A stretch of DNA of 64,000 bases from an uncultured virus (IMG/VR IMGVR_UViG_3300032668_000011) (lineage: Duplodnaviria; Heunggongvirae; Uroviricota; Caudoviricetes), in IMG/VR virus record IMGVR_UViG_3300032668_000011, positions 1 through 64,000 of that record; one strand, 5' to 3'. Under the pieces are notes generated by a model. It worked only from the letters and a program-made list of their open reading frames with translations, had not been told where the DNA came from and did not search any database. The position numbers and the translations under genes were made by a program. Below, in pieces: positions 1 through 11,190 of the stretch. Position 1 is the first letter of the stretch. The number at the start of each line of letters is the position of its first letter.

Positions 1-22
1 AAAACAAGCGTGAGGATCAGCC

Positions 23-418
23 ATGGCAGACGAGACAGAAAGCAAACCCGTAGACATCATTGAGATCTCTGAGTTCAACGTCGAGAAGAAGATCCAGGAC
101 TTCGGTGAACTTTTGCAGTCCATCGAGTCAATGGACGACAAGAAACGCGCATTGTGGCGTGAAATCTATGAGAATGCACTCGTAGACAGGCAGAACGCCT
201 ACGCCATGTTCACGCGTCTTGCTAGGATCGCAAAGGAGATCTCTACTGAACATGCCGTGCATGGCAGGACGATGGCGACGTTCCTAGAGCGGATGGGTAA
301 GGCGAACGATCAACTCATCAGGCTCGCAGAGCTCATCTCGAAAGCTCAGACAGAGAGCGAAGAGATCGACACAGACGACATGTTCGAGAGGATCAAGAAA
401 AACGAGAAGGGGCGCTGA
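23..418 (+). CDS. Hypothetical helical protein at the head of the structural cluster
   Basis: 131-aa ORF with GAGG SD upstream; no recognisable motif. Confidence 0.7.
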   Translation: MADETESKPVDIIEISEFNVEKKIQDFGELLQSIESMDDKKRALWREIYENALVDRQNAYAMFTRLARIAKEISTEHAVHGRTMATFLERMGKANDQLIRLAELISKAQTESEEIDTDDMFERIKKNEKGR

Positions 419-454
419 ACATACGTCCTTGGTACGTAAGATCGAGGAACGTCA

Positions 455-2242
455 ATGTCTAAGTATGACGATCAGGACACGAGAGGCCTAGTTGAGGGTC
501 GTGGTCATCAGGTAGCAACTGCCCGGGCTGCATATCGTAAACAAGATTCTTCACGCCCAACGTTCGTCAAAATCATAATTTTAGACGTCATTAGCGATCC
601 ATCTGCGATCGATGATGTGAAGATGCAATTCTACAAAGGAAGCTTGGGTGTTGGCAATGCTCAACTTGCACGCAATGCACCCAGAAATAGCATCATAGGT
701 CGTCGTGTAATGGGTGTCGACTCAGGTGCAAGTGAAGCTGCGATGATTTTTTATCCATTCTTCCCTTCTCACATATCGCTTCCTGCTAAACCCGGAGAAC
801 ATGTTTGGGCAATCTTCGAGAATCCTGACGCTCCTAGCAACATAGGATATTGGATCTGCAAGGTCCCTCAGCCCAGCTTCGTTGATGATGTCAACTATAC
901 ACACGCTGACAGGCAAGCAGATCAATCATTCACGCCAGGAATTGCTGCGACTGCAGAAGGCAGTAGCGCGCCAATTTACGAATTTCGAAATGGCGGCGTT
1001 GATTCGTTGAATGGTGAAAGGTACACCGTCGTTGAAACGGTCAGCATGCCGGGAGGTGATGATGTGTACACTAACATTCTCACTAAATCAGACTCATCAC
1101 AGATTACGTGGTATGAACCTGTCCCTCGATACAGAAAACGTCCCGCTGACGTTGCGTTTGAAGGCAGCAATAATACGTTGATCGTCCTTGGCAACGATCG
1201 CACTGGCCCAATTGCAACATATACGACAGACCCAACACATGGTCAAGTGCCTGAAGCAGTTGATGCGGATGCATTCACAGACGGTGCTGGATCAATTGAT
1301 ATCGTTGTAGGCCGAGGACAAACGCCCGCGACAGGTGGTACATCTGTTGACAACAAGGTCATCGGTAAAGAAATTGCTAAGGACACACCAAGCCTTGCTG
1401 CACAGGAAGGCGATCCGGATCTGATCCACGATCGTAGCCGTGTTCTTGTTGCGATGCAAACGAATGCAGACGTAAATTTTGGCATCGATTCATTCTTGAC
1501 TGACGGTTTGCTTGTCGGCACGATGAGCGATAAGTCTGCCGCAAAGTCAGGTGCCATTGTCGCTAAGTCAGACCGCGTTCGCATCATAGGACGCTCTGAC
1601 ATTGCCCTCATGACGACTAGTCAAGGAAAGACTGACAGCAACAATCTTCCCATTGATAGCACGAGCAATGATGATTGGGCAACCATTGGGATCAAGTCGA
1701 CAGGTGACGTCTACATCCAACCCATCGCAAAGGGCTCAGTAGACATTGAGACTCCCAAGTGCAACATCACTGTCAACCCTGAAGACCTTGACATCTCAAC
1801 GACTGTCTGCGACCTCAAGATGAATCAGACTGACATCAAAGTAACTGTCGGTGCAACGTCTATAGATGCGAACGCACAAGGTATCACGTCTACAATTGGT
1901 GCAACAACATCAATTGCAGAGACGGCGTCTGGAGTGACTGTGACTACGCCTCAGGTGACGTTGACAGCACCCGCAGTCACTGCATCAGGAACGCTAGCCG
2001 TAGCAGGAGCAGTGACCGTTGCTTCAATCTCTTTGTCTGGAGGCACAATGGTCGCAGGCAGTGCTGCGGGTGCAGTTGAAACCATCATCACAGCATTGAA
2101 TACGTTAGGACAAACATTGTCTAACTTGAAGCCAACTGGAACGCCTGCTGATGGGAGCGCAGCAATGACAGCGCTCGCAGCTGCAGGAACTGCGCTTTCT
2201 GGAGTGATCGCATCACTGACGCCTATGACAAAGTCTACTTAA
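455..2242 (+). CDS. Baseplate central spike / gp5-like protein
   Basis: N-terminal PFFPSHISLPAKPGEHVW OB-fold-like motif, beta-rich C-terminal repeats, directly upstream of a gp25-like gene. Confidence 0.65.
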   Translation: MSKYDDQDTRGLVEGRGHQVATARAAYRKQDSSRPTFVKIIILDVISDPSAIDDVKMQFYKGSLGVGNAQLARNAPRNSIIGRRVMGVDSGASEAAMIFYPFFPSHISLPAKPGEHVWAIFENPDAPSNIGYWICKVPQPSFVDDVNYTHADRQADQSFTPGIAATAEGSSAPIYEFRNGGVDSLNGERYTVVETVSMPGGDDVYTNILTKSDSSQITWYEPVPRYRKRPADVAFEGSNNTLIVLGNDRTGPIATYTTDPTHGQVPEAVDADAFTDGAGSIDIVVGRGQTPATGGTSVDNKVIGKEIAKDTPSLAAQEGDPDLIHDRSRVLVAMQTNADVNFGIDSFLTDGLLVGTMSDKSAAKSGAIVAKSDRVRIIGRSDIALMTTSQGKTDSNNLPIDSTSNDDWATIGIKSTGDVYIQPIAKGSVDIETPKCNITVNPEDLDISTTVCDLKMNQTDIKVTVGATSIDANAQGITSTIGATTSIAETASGVTVTTPQVTLTAPAVTASGTLAVAGAVTVASISLSGGTMVAGSAAGAVETIITALNTLGQTLSNLKPTGTPADGSAAMTALAAAGTALSGVIASLTPMTKST

Positions 2243-2245
2243 CGC

Positions 2246-2716
2246 ATGGGAACATATTCATTCAAATCATCCGGAACGACGAAGGCTGACGCTACCACGC
2301 AAGCTGCTGCGATTGCTCCCACGTCATTGCCAATTGGTATCTTGACGCCTTTATCATTGGGTGTGGATGATCTTCTCACAACGACAAAAAGTGTTGCTAG
2401 CGCAATGGCAGACAACCTTCGTAATCTCATCATGACGAACTGGGGAGAGCGACTGGGTCTGTACAACTTCGGTGCCAATCTGAGGCCATTGACGACAAAT
2501 CTAGTATCACAAGACGACTTTGATTCAGCTGCAATCTCATCAATTAAATCAGCCGTTCAGACGTGGATGCCGTATATCGACCTGCAGAATTTTACGTCAT
2601 CGATCAACAGGACACAAAATCAGAACACAGCCGTCATCGTTCTGACGATCACGTACAACATTCCGAACCTGAACGTCTCGAATCAACAGTTACAAGTTAC
2701 GATGTACGCTATCTGA
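2246..2716 (+). CDS. Baseplate wedge gp25/GPW-like protein
   Basis: NLRNLIMTNWGER..YNFGANL..I..AVQTWMPYI pattern typical of the gp25 family. Confidence 0.85.
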   Translation: MGTYSFKSSGTTKADATTQAAAIAPTSLPIGILTPLSLGVDDLLTTTKSVASAMADNLRNLIMTNWGERLGLYNFGANLRPLTTNLVSQDDFDSAAISSIKSAVQTWMPYIDLQNFTSSINRTQNQNTAVIVLTITYNIPNLNVSNQQLQVTMYAI

Positions 2717-2741
2717 CGTGCATACCTAGACAAGGACGTAA

Positions 2742-4586
2742 ATGACACTTCAAAGAGACGATCTCAAAGTAGTACGACAGAGGAAGTACCTCGCGAAGGA
2801 CTTTGATGCGTTACGTGCGAACTTGCTAGAGTACGCTCGACAGTACTATCCAGATCGTCTTCAAGACTTTTCTGAATCTTCATTGGGAGGTCTGTTCCTT
2901 GATTTTGCTGCGTACGTGGGCGACAACCTGTCGTTCTATCTGGATCACCAGTATGGCGAACTGAACCCAACGACTGCGATCGAGCAAGGAAACATTCAAC
3001 GTTTGTTAGACGCAAGCGGTGTTCCAATCACGGGTGCATCTCCTGCAATCGTTGCAGTTACGTGCTACATTGAGGTACCAGCTGCAAACATCAACAGTGT
3101 TGTTCAGCCTGATCCGACGGCATTGCCAGTCATCAGAGAAAATTCGACATTTGTGTCAAAAGGTGGAGTCATCTTCACACTCACTGAAGATATCGACTAC
3201 AACGCAACTTACTCAGATGGTACGCTTCAAGCATCTGTTACTATCGGTTCAAAAACGCCCGCCGGCCAAATCAAGACGTTCATACTTTCTGCGTCTGGCT
3301 TGTGTCTGTCAGGCAATGAGTATACTGACAACGTTTCCGTTGGTTCGACATTTACGCCGTACATGCAGATCACTCTACAGAATGCGAATGTTTCAACGAT
3401 CATTTCTGTCAATGATCAACTGGGAAACATCTACTATCAGGTAGACGCGTTAACGAACGACGTTGTTTATGCAAACGTCCTCAACACAGCTGCTGACAAT
3501 GATCTTGCACCGCAAGTAATCAAAGTGATCCCGGCACCTTACCGGTACATCATCTCAACCAACATTTCAAGTCGTAAAACAACACTCACGTTCGGCGCAG
3601 GAAATGCTCAGTCTCTTCAGGATGATATCATCCCTGATCCATCGAGCTTTGCAATTTCGCTTCCATTCACAAAGACATTCTCGCGAATTCCCATCAATCC
3701 GCAGCAACTGTTGCAGACGACAACGTTAGGTATCGCTGCTGCAAATACGACGTATAACATCACGTATCGAGCAGGAGGTGGCCTTAGTCATAACGTGAAT
3801 ATCAACAACATTCAAACTGCGAAGACGGTCAATATGTTCTTTCCTGGGAATCCATCTCCTGCAGTTGCTGGACGTATCAAGGCTAGTCTCGAAGTCAACA
3901 ATCTTATCGCTGCCTCTGGTGGAGAGGATCCTCCGACGCCTGCCGATCTAGTTCAATTGATCCCATCGATCACAAATTCGCAAGAAAGAATCGTTACACG
4001 CGAGGATCTCCTTGCACGTGTTTACACGATCCCATCAAATTTCGGTCGTGTCTTCCGTGCAGGAGTCAGGAACAACCCAAACAATCCTCTTGCGACGCAG
4101 TTGTACATCATCTCTCGCAATGCGTCCGGACAACTAATCATCTCACCAGACACATTGAAGACTAACCTCGTCAAGTATCTCAATCCATACAGGATGATCA
4201 GCGATGCAATTGATATTCTGGATGCTAGAATTGTTGACCTGACGTTCAGCTTCAGCGTCCTTATCGATCCATCGTTGAACAAAACGACAGTCATCAACAA
4301 TGCATTAGTACAGCTTCAGGCGTTTTTCGATGTCAAAAACTTTCACATTGATCAACCGATCGTGTTGTCAAATCTGACGAACATCCTCTTCAACGTACCT
4401 GGGATCATGTCGATCAACAACATTCAGTTCAACAACGTCTCAGGTGTTGTCAATAACAGGCAATACAGCAACGTGACATTCGATCCAACGTCAAACACGT
4501 CATCTGGGTTGATGTTCCCGCCTGCTGGGGGTATCTTTGAGGTCCGTTACCCGACGGTCGACATCACTGGACAATCATCGGTGTAA
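2742..4586 (+). CDS. Baseplate wedge subunit (T4 gp6 / J-like)
   Basis: KDFDALRANL..AYVGDNLSFYLD, ASGGEDP, QERIVTREDL motifs. Confidence 0.85.
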   Translation: MTLQRDDLKVVRQRKYLAKDFDALRANLLEYARQYYPDRLQDFSESSLGGLFLDFAAYVGDNLSFYLDHQYGELNPTTAIEQGNIQRLLDASGVPITGASPAIVAVTCYIEVPAANINSVVQPDPTALPVIRENSTFVSKGGVIFTLTEDIDYNATYSDGTLQASVTIGSKTPAGQIKTFILSASGLCLSGNEYTDNVSVGSTFTPYMQITLQNANVSTIISVNDQLGNIYYQVDALTNDVVYANVLNTAADNDLAPQVIKVIPAPYRYIISTNISSRKTTLTFGAGNAQSLQDDIIPDPSSFAISLPFTKTFSRIPINPQQLLQTTTLGIAAANTTYNITYRAGGGLSHNVNINNIQTAKTVNMFFPGNPSPAVAGRIKASLEVNNLIAASGGEDPPTPADLVQLIPSITNSQERIVTREDLLARVYTIPSNFGRVFRAGVRNNPNNPLATQLYIISRNASGQLIISPDTLKTNLVKYLNPYRMISDAIDILDARIVDLTFSFSVLIDPSLNKTTVINNALVQLQAFFDVKNFHIDQPIVLSNLTNILFNVPGIMSINNIQFNNVSGVVNNRQYSNVTFDPTSNTSSGLMFPPAGGIFEVRYPTVDITGQSSV

Positions 4587-4587
4587 T

Positions 4588-6102
4588 ATGTACAAGGTTC
4601 TCAAGCCAATCAAGGACACATACATCACGAACAGGTACGTCAACAACGTACCACAGGTCACGGCGAACGTCGGCGCGGCGGGGTCGCTCGACCTGTTCAA
4701 ATTGTACGGCGTGACATCAACAGCGAGCGGGACGACGTCAGTTCCTAACACGGAACTCAGTAGACTTCTAGTACAATTTGATCTTGACCCGCTCCGGGAG
4801 CTCGTCGAGGCGGGGGCTGTCGATCCTGGCGATCCGAGCTTCTCATGTCACTTACGCATGTCTGATGTGTATGGTGGCCAACCAACACCCAGCAATTTCA
4901 CTGTGAATGTGTGTCCGATGTCAGCATCGTTCGATGAAGGCCTTGGTCGTGACGTTGTGTTTTACTCGGACAGTGACGTATGTAACTGGCTCACGGGATC
5001 TTCGACGTCAGGTGCGTGGTTAGTAGAAGGATGTGGATTCAGCGGTAGCGCAGGTCCGACGCCGTGTGACTACATCATCGATCCTTTATTCGAAGCGAGT
5101 CAGGCGTTCAAGACCGGTCTAGAGGACCTGTACGTCGACATTACGTCCATCGTGTCCGCCACGTTGGCTGGTGCCCTACCCGACGAGGGCCTGAGAATAT
5201 CTTTCGACCCCTCGATGGAGGATAACCAGTACACATATTTCGTAAAAAGGTTCGCGAGCCGCTCGGCGTACAATGAGGACAAGAGACCGAACATACTCGT
5301 CAAGTTCGACGATTCGATCCAAGATGACACAAACGATGGCGTGTTCCTTGATTCGACGAGCTACCTCTTCCTCTACAACTACGTTAGATCCGGACTAACG
5401 AACCTGATGTCAGGCTCGAGCGCAATCACGGGCGCTGACAGCATCATCTTGCAACTCACGACACCCGTGTCTGGCGGGATCTGGTCAGGGTACTTCACGG
5501 GTTCACAGCACACACGAGGGGTGTTCCCAGTGACTGGTATCTACTCATGCTCAGTTGACATCCTGTCGTCTGATCCTCTCTTGCAACCTCAGTGGCAAGC
5601 ATCGGGTTCCATTACGTTCACACCGATCTGGCAATCGCTTGACGGAACGTTACCATACCTCACAGGCAGCACATTCAAGGCATACCCTCCCCAACGCGGT
5701 GCACAGTCTCTTGCACCGCATCGATTTGTCGTGTCCGTGTATGGAGTGGCAGACGAGCTCGACGCTTGTGAAAAGACGACATTGAGGGTGAACATCTTCG
5801 ATTACAGCGCTCCGTATGTCACAACAGCGCTGAAACTTCCTGTTGATCTACCTGGGATAGTCGTCAGGGACGTACACTACCAGGTGCGTGACGTCATGTC
5901 AGATCAGGTTGTCGTACCGTTCGACACAAAGAACAACTCAACTAGGGTTTCGAGTGACAGCACCGGCATGTACTTCACCCTTGATGCGTCCAACCTCAAG
6001 TCAGGAAATTCGTACATCATTGATGTGATGGTCTTCACAGACAACAACAAGCAGCTGTACAAGTCTGCATCTCCAGCGTTCAGAATAGGTGGCGTGGCGT
6101 AG
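4588..6102 (+). CDS. Virion structural protein (beta-rich, baseplate-associated)
   Basis: ATG at 4588 just after the gp6-like stop; KDTYI..SRLLVQFD..KRFASR pattern; gene context. Confidence 0.65.
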   Translation: MYKVLKPIKDTYITNRYVNNVPQVTANVGAAGSLDLFKLYGVTSTASGTTSVPNTELSRLLVQFDLDPLRELVEAGAVDPGDPSFSCHLRMSDVYGGQPTPSNFTVNVCPMSASFDEGLGRDVVFYSDSDVCNWLTGSSTSGAWLVEGCGFSGSAGPTPCDYIIDPLFEASQAFKTGLEDLYVDITSIVSATLAGALPDEGLRISFDPSMEDNQYTYFVKRFASRSAYNEDKRPNILVKFDDSIQDDTNDGVFLDSTSYLFLYNYVRSGLTNLMSGSSAITGADSIILQLTTPVSGGIWSGYFTGSQHTRGVFPVTGIYSCSVDILSSDPLLQPQWQASGSITFTPIWQSLDGTLPYLTGSTFKAYPPQRGAQSLAPHRFVVSVYGVADELDACEKTTLRVNIFDYSAPYVTTALKLPVDLPGIVVRDVHYQVRDVMSDQVVVPFDTKNNSTRVSSDSTGMYFTLDASNLKSGNSYIIDVMVFTDNNKQLYKSASPAFRIGGVA

Positions 6103-6133
6103 AGTTTGATACGTAGTCTCTAGTACTCCGTCC

Positions 6134-9100
6134 ATGTCAACACGACCTCTCAATCCGTACATCCCCGCATACCCGCAGTCAGCAGTGACAGGTAGCAGGC
6201 CAGTCGCTGTCACCCTCGACGCGATGTCGGACACGAACATCCTGTCAACGTCGTCATTCGTGTACGATGTTCCTGGGACCGGTCTGAAATCAACACAGCA
6301 ACTCAACGTTGATTGGTCACAGTTTCAGAATCACACCTTCTTCATGTCTGCTGAGGCAAAGGTCAACCTCGCATTCGATGCAATCATCAATCAGTTTCCA
6401 TTTGATGGAACGCGGCAGGAAGTCGAGGTCTTTGAAGAGAAGCTCTCCGGATTTGAGAAGTGGGTCTTTGACAGCTTCCCATCATATGCGGGTGAACTTC
6501 TATTCTCCGGGACACAGGTGGGGGAAACATCACCTCAAGCCGGCACGTATATCAAGGTTGAGAACAAGGCGGGTGCACTGTACCCTGCGCTGTCGAAGCA
6601 GAACACGGGCGTTCCTATACTGAACCCAACCGGTTCACAGTCGTACACGATCGAGATGCAGTTGTACCTGCCACCAATCAAGAATGATGTCCAAACGATC
6701 TGCCAGATGCTATCGACGTCTGCAGGAACGCTTGGTTCAACGCAGGGATGGACGCTGTACATGACGCAATCATTGTCAACGTCTTCTGTTGATGCTACGT
6801 TTGCGATGGTGTCAGGCAGCAGTTTCATGACTGTTCCTCTCACGTTGAACAAGGGAATGTTCAATCATGTCGCTGTCGAACTCAATCGCACGCAAGGTCT
6901 ACCGTGGCTCGAGTCTTTCCTGTTGTCAGTTCCGTATGCTGAGTCCCAGACACAGGTCGAACTTGGTGATATGGCAATCGATGATGCACCGTTGCTTATC
7001 GGAAGCGGCACTGCGATACAGATCGGTCAATTTCCTTCGGGCCTTATCACACCCATGCAGACGTTGTCCGGCACGATCGACGAATTTCGCATCTTCAACT
7101 CGCCTCGTACGCCTCAACAACTCGCTGCGTATGCTGGCAAGGCACTGTACTCAACGAACGACCTGCTTCTCTACTATCGTTTCAATGAACCGCCGCCTCC
7201 CATCGCAACGTTTCTAAACGATAGCGTCAATAGCATCGTCCTTGACTCAAGTGGAAATTCACTTCATGCGATGATCAGCGGCTTCTTCAACATGGGAACG
7301 AGCAGCAGCATCGGAATCGGACAAACGCCCGGTTCAGGTGCAGATCAAACTGCGTGTGTTTTCAGCTCGAGCGTCATCGGAACAAACGTCGTTGGCAGGA
7401 ACACGTACTACACCAGCAGCATCCAATACACCGTGGGTCCCGAATTGCGCCTCGATGTGACGCAAGATCCACTCAGTCCAGTCGTCTATGAACGTCCTGA
7501 TAGCCTACACGTGCTGTTCCCAGCATACCCTCCCACGATGCTATTCAACCAGCAACTTCTGACGAGCGCTAGCGCTTACGATCAGGAGAATCCAAACCTG
7601 ATCACGCGCCTCGTGCCACAACACTACTTCCTCGAAGGCGGCTTCCAGGACGGCTTCATCGACCCACCTGAAGGCAACGCAGGTCAACCTTACGGTGGTG
7701 ATGGCATCCCTGGTCAAGGCCAGATGGGTAACGTGCAGATCCTCGTTTCGTTGCTCTTCATCTGGGCACGTTTCTTTGATGACCTCAAATTGTATGTCGA
7801 TTCATTCAGCACGCTGAGCACTGTTGATTATAACACGAACGAGACGATCCCTGACGTATTCCTGCTCGACATGGTGGACAAGATGGGATTCCACCTTCCT
7901 CCGTTGTTCAATGATTCGACAATCGATCAGTACATCCGAGGAGAGAACGTCGACCTGCACAATTACACGACATCAGTGAATTCACTTCAGCAGGTGCAGA
8001 ATCAGCTTCTACGTCGCGTCCTTACCACGTTGCCTCACGTTCTAAAGTCAAAAGGGACACAGTACAGCATTCAGGCATTCCTGCGCTCGATCGGCATCGA
8101 TCCTGGGAACAACATTCGCATCAGGGAATACGGCGGTCCGACGTCAAAGCAGCTGTCATTCACACGAGAGAGCAAGTTCGAGCCAGGAACGATGGTACAG
8201 TTCAACTCAACTGCGAGCATCGTGACATCTCCTCCTCTCGTTGCATCTCGTGTGGAGCCTGGGTACCCAACTCCTGCTGGAACGTTCGTCAAGAATGTTT
8301 TGGGTCAGAACATCGGCACCACAAACGCAAATGACAACCTTCTCACATCCGGATCCTGGACGTGGGAGGGCATCGTGAAGTGGACACCTGCAGCCATTCC
8401 ATTGATGACGTCTGCGACTCAGTCAATTGCACGGTTGTGCACCACAGGCTCGAATTCACCTGGCAGCGAAAATGTCATCGTCAACCTGCTCGCGATCTCG
8501 TCATCGATGCAACCTAGGTTGTTGCTGTTCGCACGCCCGGGCGATGGTCCGAATTCGCCGACGTTGAGTCTGGAACTTGACACGCCCGTCCCCGGGTACC
8601 TCAATTCCAACGACATGCCTCCTGGCATGTTCAACTTTGATCATTGGAATGTGAGTTTCGGTTGCCAACGCAACGACGATGGTCTCAATAGTATCGCGTC
8701 ATCGTCGTACTTCCTACGCCTCGCGTACCAGAACGCCGGCAAGGTCGAGTACATGCAGACGACGTCATCGTTCTTCTATGAAGCGCCGTACGGTGAGAAC
8801 AACGTTCTTAGATCGTTGAATTCAACGTCAAATGTCTCAGGCACGTTCCTCGCATTTGGTCCGACACAATTCGTTGCCTCGGGGTCTAGTAGCCAGTATC
8901 TGGCCCTCAACAATATTTCTGCGGCCCCTGCTGCAGCACGAGCAACTGATTTCAACGGCTTGTTGAGCAACGTCCGCTTCTGGTCAAAGGCCTTGAGCAT
9001 GGCAGAGTGGCAGGAACACGTCAGGTACTACAAGTCAACTGGTGTAGAGAACCCATTGACGAACTGGAACTATGAGAACACTGCATCAGGTTCCTGGGAG

Positions 9101-9880
9101 AGATTGCGCATGAGCTCGATGATCCAACAGGACGTCAGGCAAGCGATCTCGACCGCCTCCCACGCCACGATCTTTGGACCTCCCGGCAACCCGATCGGTC
9201 CCGTAGGAAGCATCGTGTTCCCTGACTTCAGCGAGAACGGGTTTCACCTGACGGGAAGCCTATTCCCAATCAACCAAGATGTTGTCGTTGGTGAGACATT
9301 CGAGCTTAGCCATCTCAGCCCGTACTTTGACGAAGCGACGTGCGATGAAAAGATCAGGGTGCGCTCGTACCAGGATTACTCTCTTGTTCAGCAGACACCC
9401 TGGGCACAGCTAGCGCCGTTGCACGAGATCGATCCTAGTGAAACGCCGACTGATGACGTGCGATTGAGCGTTGAGTTCTCGCTGATCGATGCGTTGAATA
9501 GGGACATCGTCACCATGTTCGCAACGTTCGACTCGATCGATAATGCGATCGGTGATCCAGAATTAATGTTTTCTCCTGATTATCCCGACATTGCACGAAT
9601 GCGCGATATCTACTTCAATCGAATCAAGGCAAAGCTGAACTTTCAGGCATTCTACGAGTTCTTCCTGTGGTTCGACAAGTCGATCGGTACCTTCATCAAG
9701 CAGCTGATCCCGCGCAAGACGAGCTTCAAGGATGTCAATTTCATGGTTGAATCTCACATGCTCGAGCGCGCAAAGCAGGAGTACCTGACGTACAACAGTT
9801 ACCTCGGTGACTCCAATCGGACAAACCTCACCTCTGTCATCCTCCTGCAGCAGATCGACGGATCTGTGACAAAGTACTGA
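6134..9880 (+). CDS. Baseplate wedge protein with LamG/ConA-like domains
   Basis: LSGTIDEFRIFN and FNGLLSNVRFWSKAL LamG motifs; KSKGTQYSIQAFLRSIG wedge motif. Confidence 0.75.
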   Translation: MSTRPLNPYIPAYPQSAVTGSRPVAVTLDAMSDTNILSTSSFVYDVPGTGLKSTQQLNVDWSQFQNHTFFMSAEAKVNLAFDAIINQFPFDGTRQEVEVFEEKLSGFEKWVFDSFPSYAGELLFSGTQVGETSPQAGTYIKVENKAGALYPALSKQNTGVPILNPTGSQSYTIEMQLYLPPIKNDVQTICQMLSTSAGTLGSTQGWTLYMTQSLSTSSVDATFAMVSGSSFMTVPLTLNKGMFNHVAVELNRTQGLPWLESFLLSVPYAESQTQVELGDMAIDDAPLLIGSGTAIQIGQFPSGLITPMQTLSGTIDEFRIFNSPRTPQQLAAYAGKALYSTNDLLLYYRFNEPPPPIATFLNDSVNSIVLDSSGNSLHAMISGFFNMGTSSSIGIGQTPGSGADQTACVFSSSVIGTNVVGRNTYYTSSIQYTVGPELRLDVTQDPLSPVVYERPDSLHVLFPAYPPTMLFNQQLLTSASAYDQENPNLITRLVPQHYFLEGGFQDGFIDPPEGNAGQPYGGDGIPGQGQMGNVQILVSLLFIWARFFDDLKLYVDSFSTLSTVDYNTNETIPDVFLLDMVDKMGFHLPPLFNDSTIDQYIRGENVDLHNYTTSVNSLQQVQNQLLRRVLTTLPHVLKSKGTQYSIQAFLRSIGIDPGNNIRIREYGGPTSKQLSFTRESKFEPGTMVQFNSTASIVTSPPLVASRVEPGYPTPAGTFVKNVLGQNIGTTNANDNLLTSGSWTWEGIVKWTPAAIPLMTSATQSIARLCTTGSNSPGSENVIVNLLAISSSMQPRLLLFARPGDGPNSPTLSLELDTPVPGYLNSNDMPPGMFNFDHWNVSFGCQRNDDGLNSIASSSYFLRLAYQNAGKVEYMQTTSSFFYEAPYGENNVLRSLNSTSNVSGTFLAFGPTQFVASGSSSQYLALNNISAAPAAARATDFNGLLSNVRFWSKALSMAEWQEHVRYYKSTGVENPLTNWNYENTASGSWERLRMSSMIQQDVRQAISTASHATIFGPPGNPIGPVGSIVFPDFSENGFHLTGSLFPINQDVVVGETFELSHLSPYFDEATCDEKIRVRSYQDYSLVQQTPWAQLAPLHEIDPSETPTDDVRLSVEFSLIDALNRDIVTMFATFDSIDNAIGDPELMFSPDYPDIARMRDIYFNRIKAKLNFQAFYEFFLWFDKSIGTFIKQLIPRKTSFKDVNFMVESHMLERAKQEYLTYNSYLGDSNRTNLTSVILLQQIDGSVTKY

Positions 9881-9881
9881 C

Positions 9882-11189
9882 ATGGGAACGACAAGCTTCA
9901 TCACGGCATCATCTGCAATCCTGGGATCGCACATCGGTTCATTCCAACCGATCTTCCAACCAATCTTCACGCATGACACGTCATTCTTTGACGAGGGGCC
10001 TAACCAGAACCTTCCCAGACAATCGTTAGCTGTAGAACAGTCTGTGATGTCTAGCAGTCTCTCTAACCTGTCAAGCTCGTATCCGTACCTGCAAGGTATC
10101 GAGATCAGTACGCAAGCGCAGTACGACGCAGGATTCGTCAAGATTTGGTCAGGTGAACCCGGACATCGGATGCCTCAGCTTACCTTCGATGAAGGTGTTG
10201 AGGTCGTGTCTAGCCCGTTCTCAGACGGCACATCAGACTCCTTCAACGTATTCAGCAAGACAGTCACTGATTTCAACGAGAACATGCATTTTCCGGTGTT
10301 GCAATTTCCTTTGCAGAACACCTCAGAGAATCCGCACCTGAACGCAAGGACCTTCCTCTACAAGACGATCGTTGTCAAGGCAAACGATGGAAGGACAGTG
10401 CAATACAGGCTCGATCAGGACCTCGAAAGTACAGTGATGAGCAGCATCATTGAACCTCTTGCGATCAGACTGACGCCCTCGTTCTACAACAGTGACGTGC
10501 CCGTCAGCGTCAATCAGGTCAGAGGGTTCGCAGGACAGGGAAACGCTGATCCTTCAGGCGCATGCGATGACGTTGTGACAGTCGATCGCTTCTGGGCAAC
10601 GTCAGGCATGACGAAAAGCAAGGCGCCTGGACAAGCACCGTTCATTGACGATCAGTTGGGCTTGAACCCACAAGAGTACTTCACGAACACAGTGTTGGAC
10701 GTCACAGGATCGTACTACGGGGTCTTCTTCAATGACACGCTCGCTGGCGTGTACTACCCAAGCGATGCGTTCGGATTGTATGCTCCCGTCACATCATCGT
10801 ACGCATTCGCACAATTGTCTGGTAGCGCTGGCACGTTCCTCATCACTGGATCCTTTCGTTTCAATAGCACACAGTTCAACGAGGAGACGATCGATGAATT
10901 GATGTATCAGGGTGTCCTCGCGCAGAGTGAGAAAACGCTAGACATGCCAGAGAAACGCCCAGCATTCTTTAGCGTTGCAAGTGCGCCCTTTGCAGACGTA
11001 CGATACGTCAGGAACGTTCCTGCACCTGCGACTGAAAGCACCAGCATGTTGAACGTGATGTCGCTGATGACAGGGTCGACAGATAACTACGTCAGCTACG
11101 ATGAGGTATCTGCTACGTGCGGGTGGTACTATGATAACAATACGAGCGTCGGGACAGACTCCCTTGCGTTCGGAGGGATGACATACTGA
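9882..11189 (+). CDS. Virion structural protein
   Basis: Long ORF tightly packed in the structural operon. Confidence 0.65.
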   Translation: MGTTSFITASSAILGSHIGSFQPIFQPIFTHDTSFFDEGPNQNLPRQSLAVEQSVMSSSLSNLSSSYPYLQGIEISTQAQYDAGFVKIWSGEPGHRMPQLTFDEGVEVVSSPFSDGTSDSFNVFSKTVTDFNENMHFPVLQFPLQNTSENPHLNARTFLYKTIVVKANDGRTVQYRLDQDLESTVMSSIIEPLAIRLTPSFYNSDVPVSVNQVRGFAGQGNADPSGACDDVVTVDRFWATSGMTKSKAPGQAPFIDDQLGLNPQEYFTNTVLDVTGSYYGVFFNDTLAGVYYPSDAFGLYAPVTSSYAFAQLSGSAGTFLITGSFRFNSTQFNEETIDELMYQGVLAQSEKTLDMPEKRPAFFSVASAPFADVRYVRNVPAPATESTSMLNVMSLMTGSTDNYVSYDEVSATCGWYYDNNTSVGTDSLAFGGMTY

Positions 11190-11190
11190 C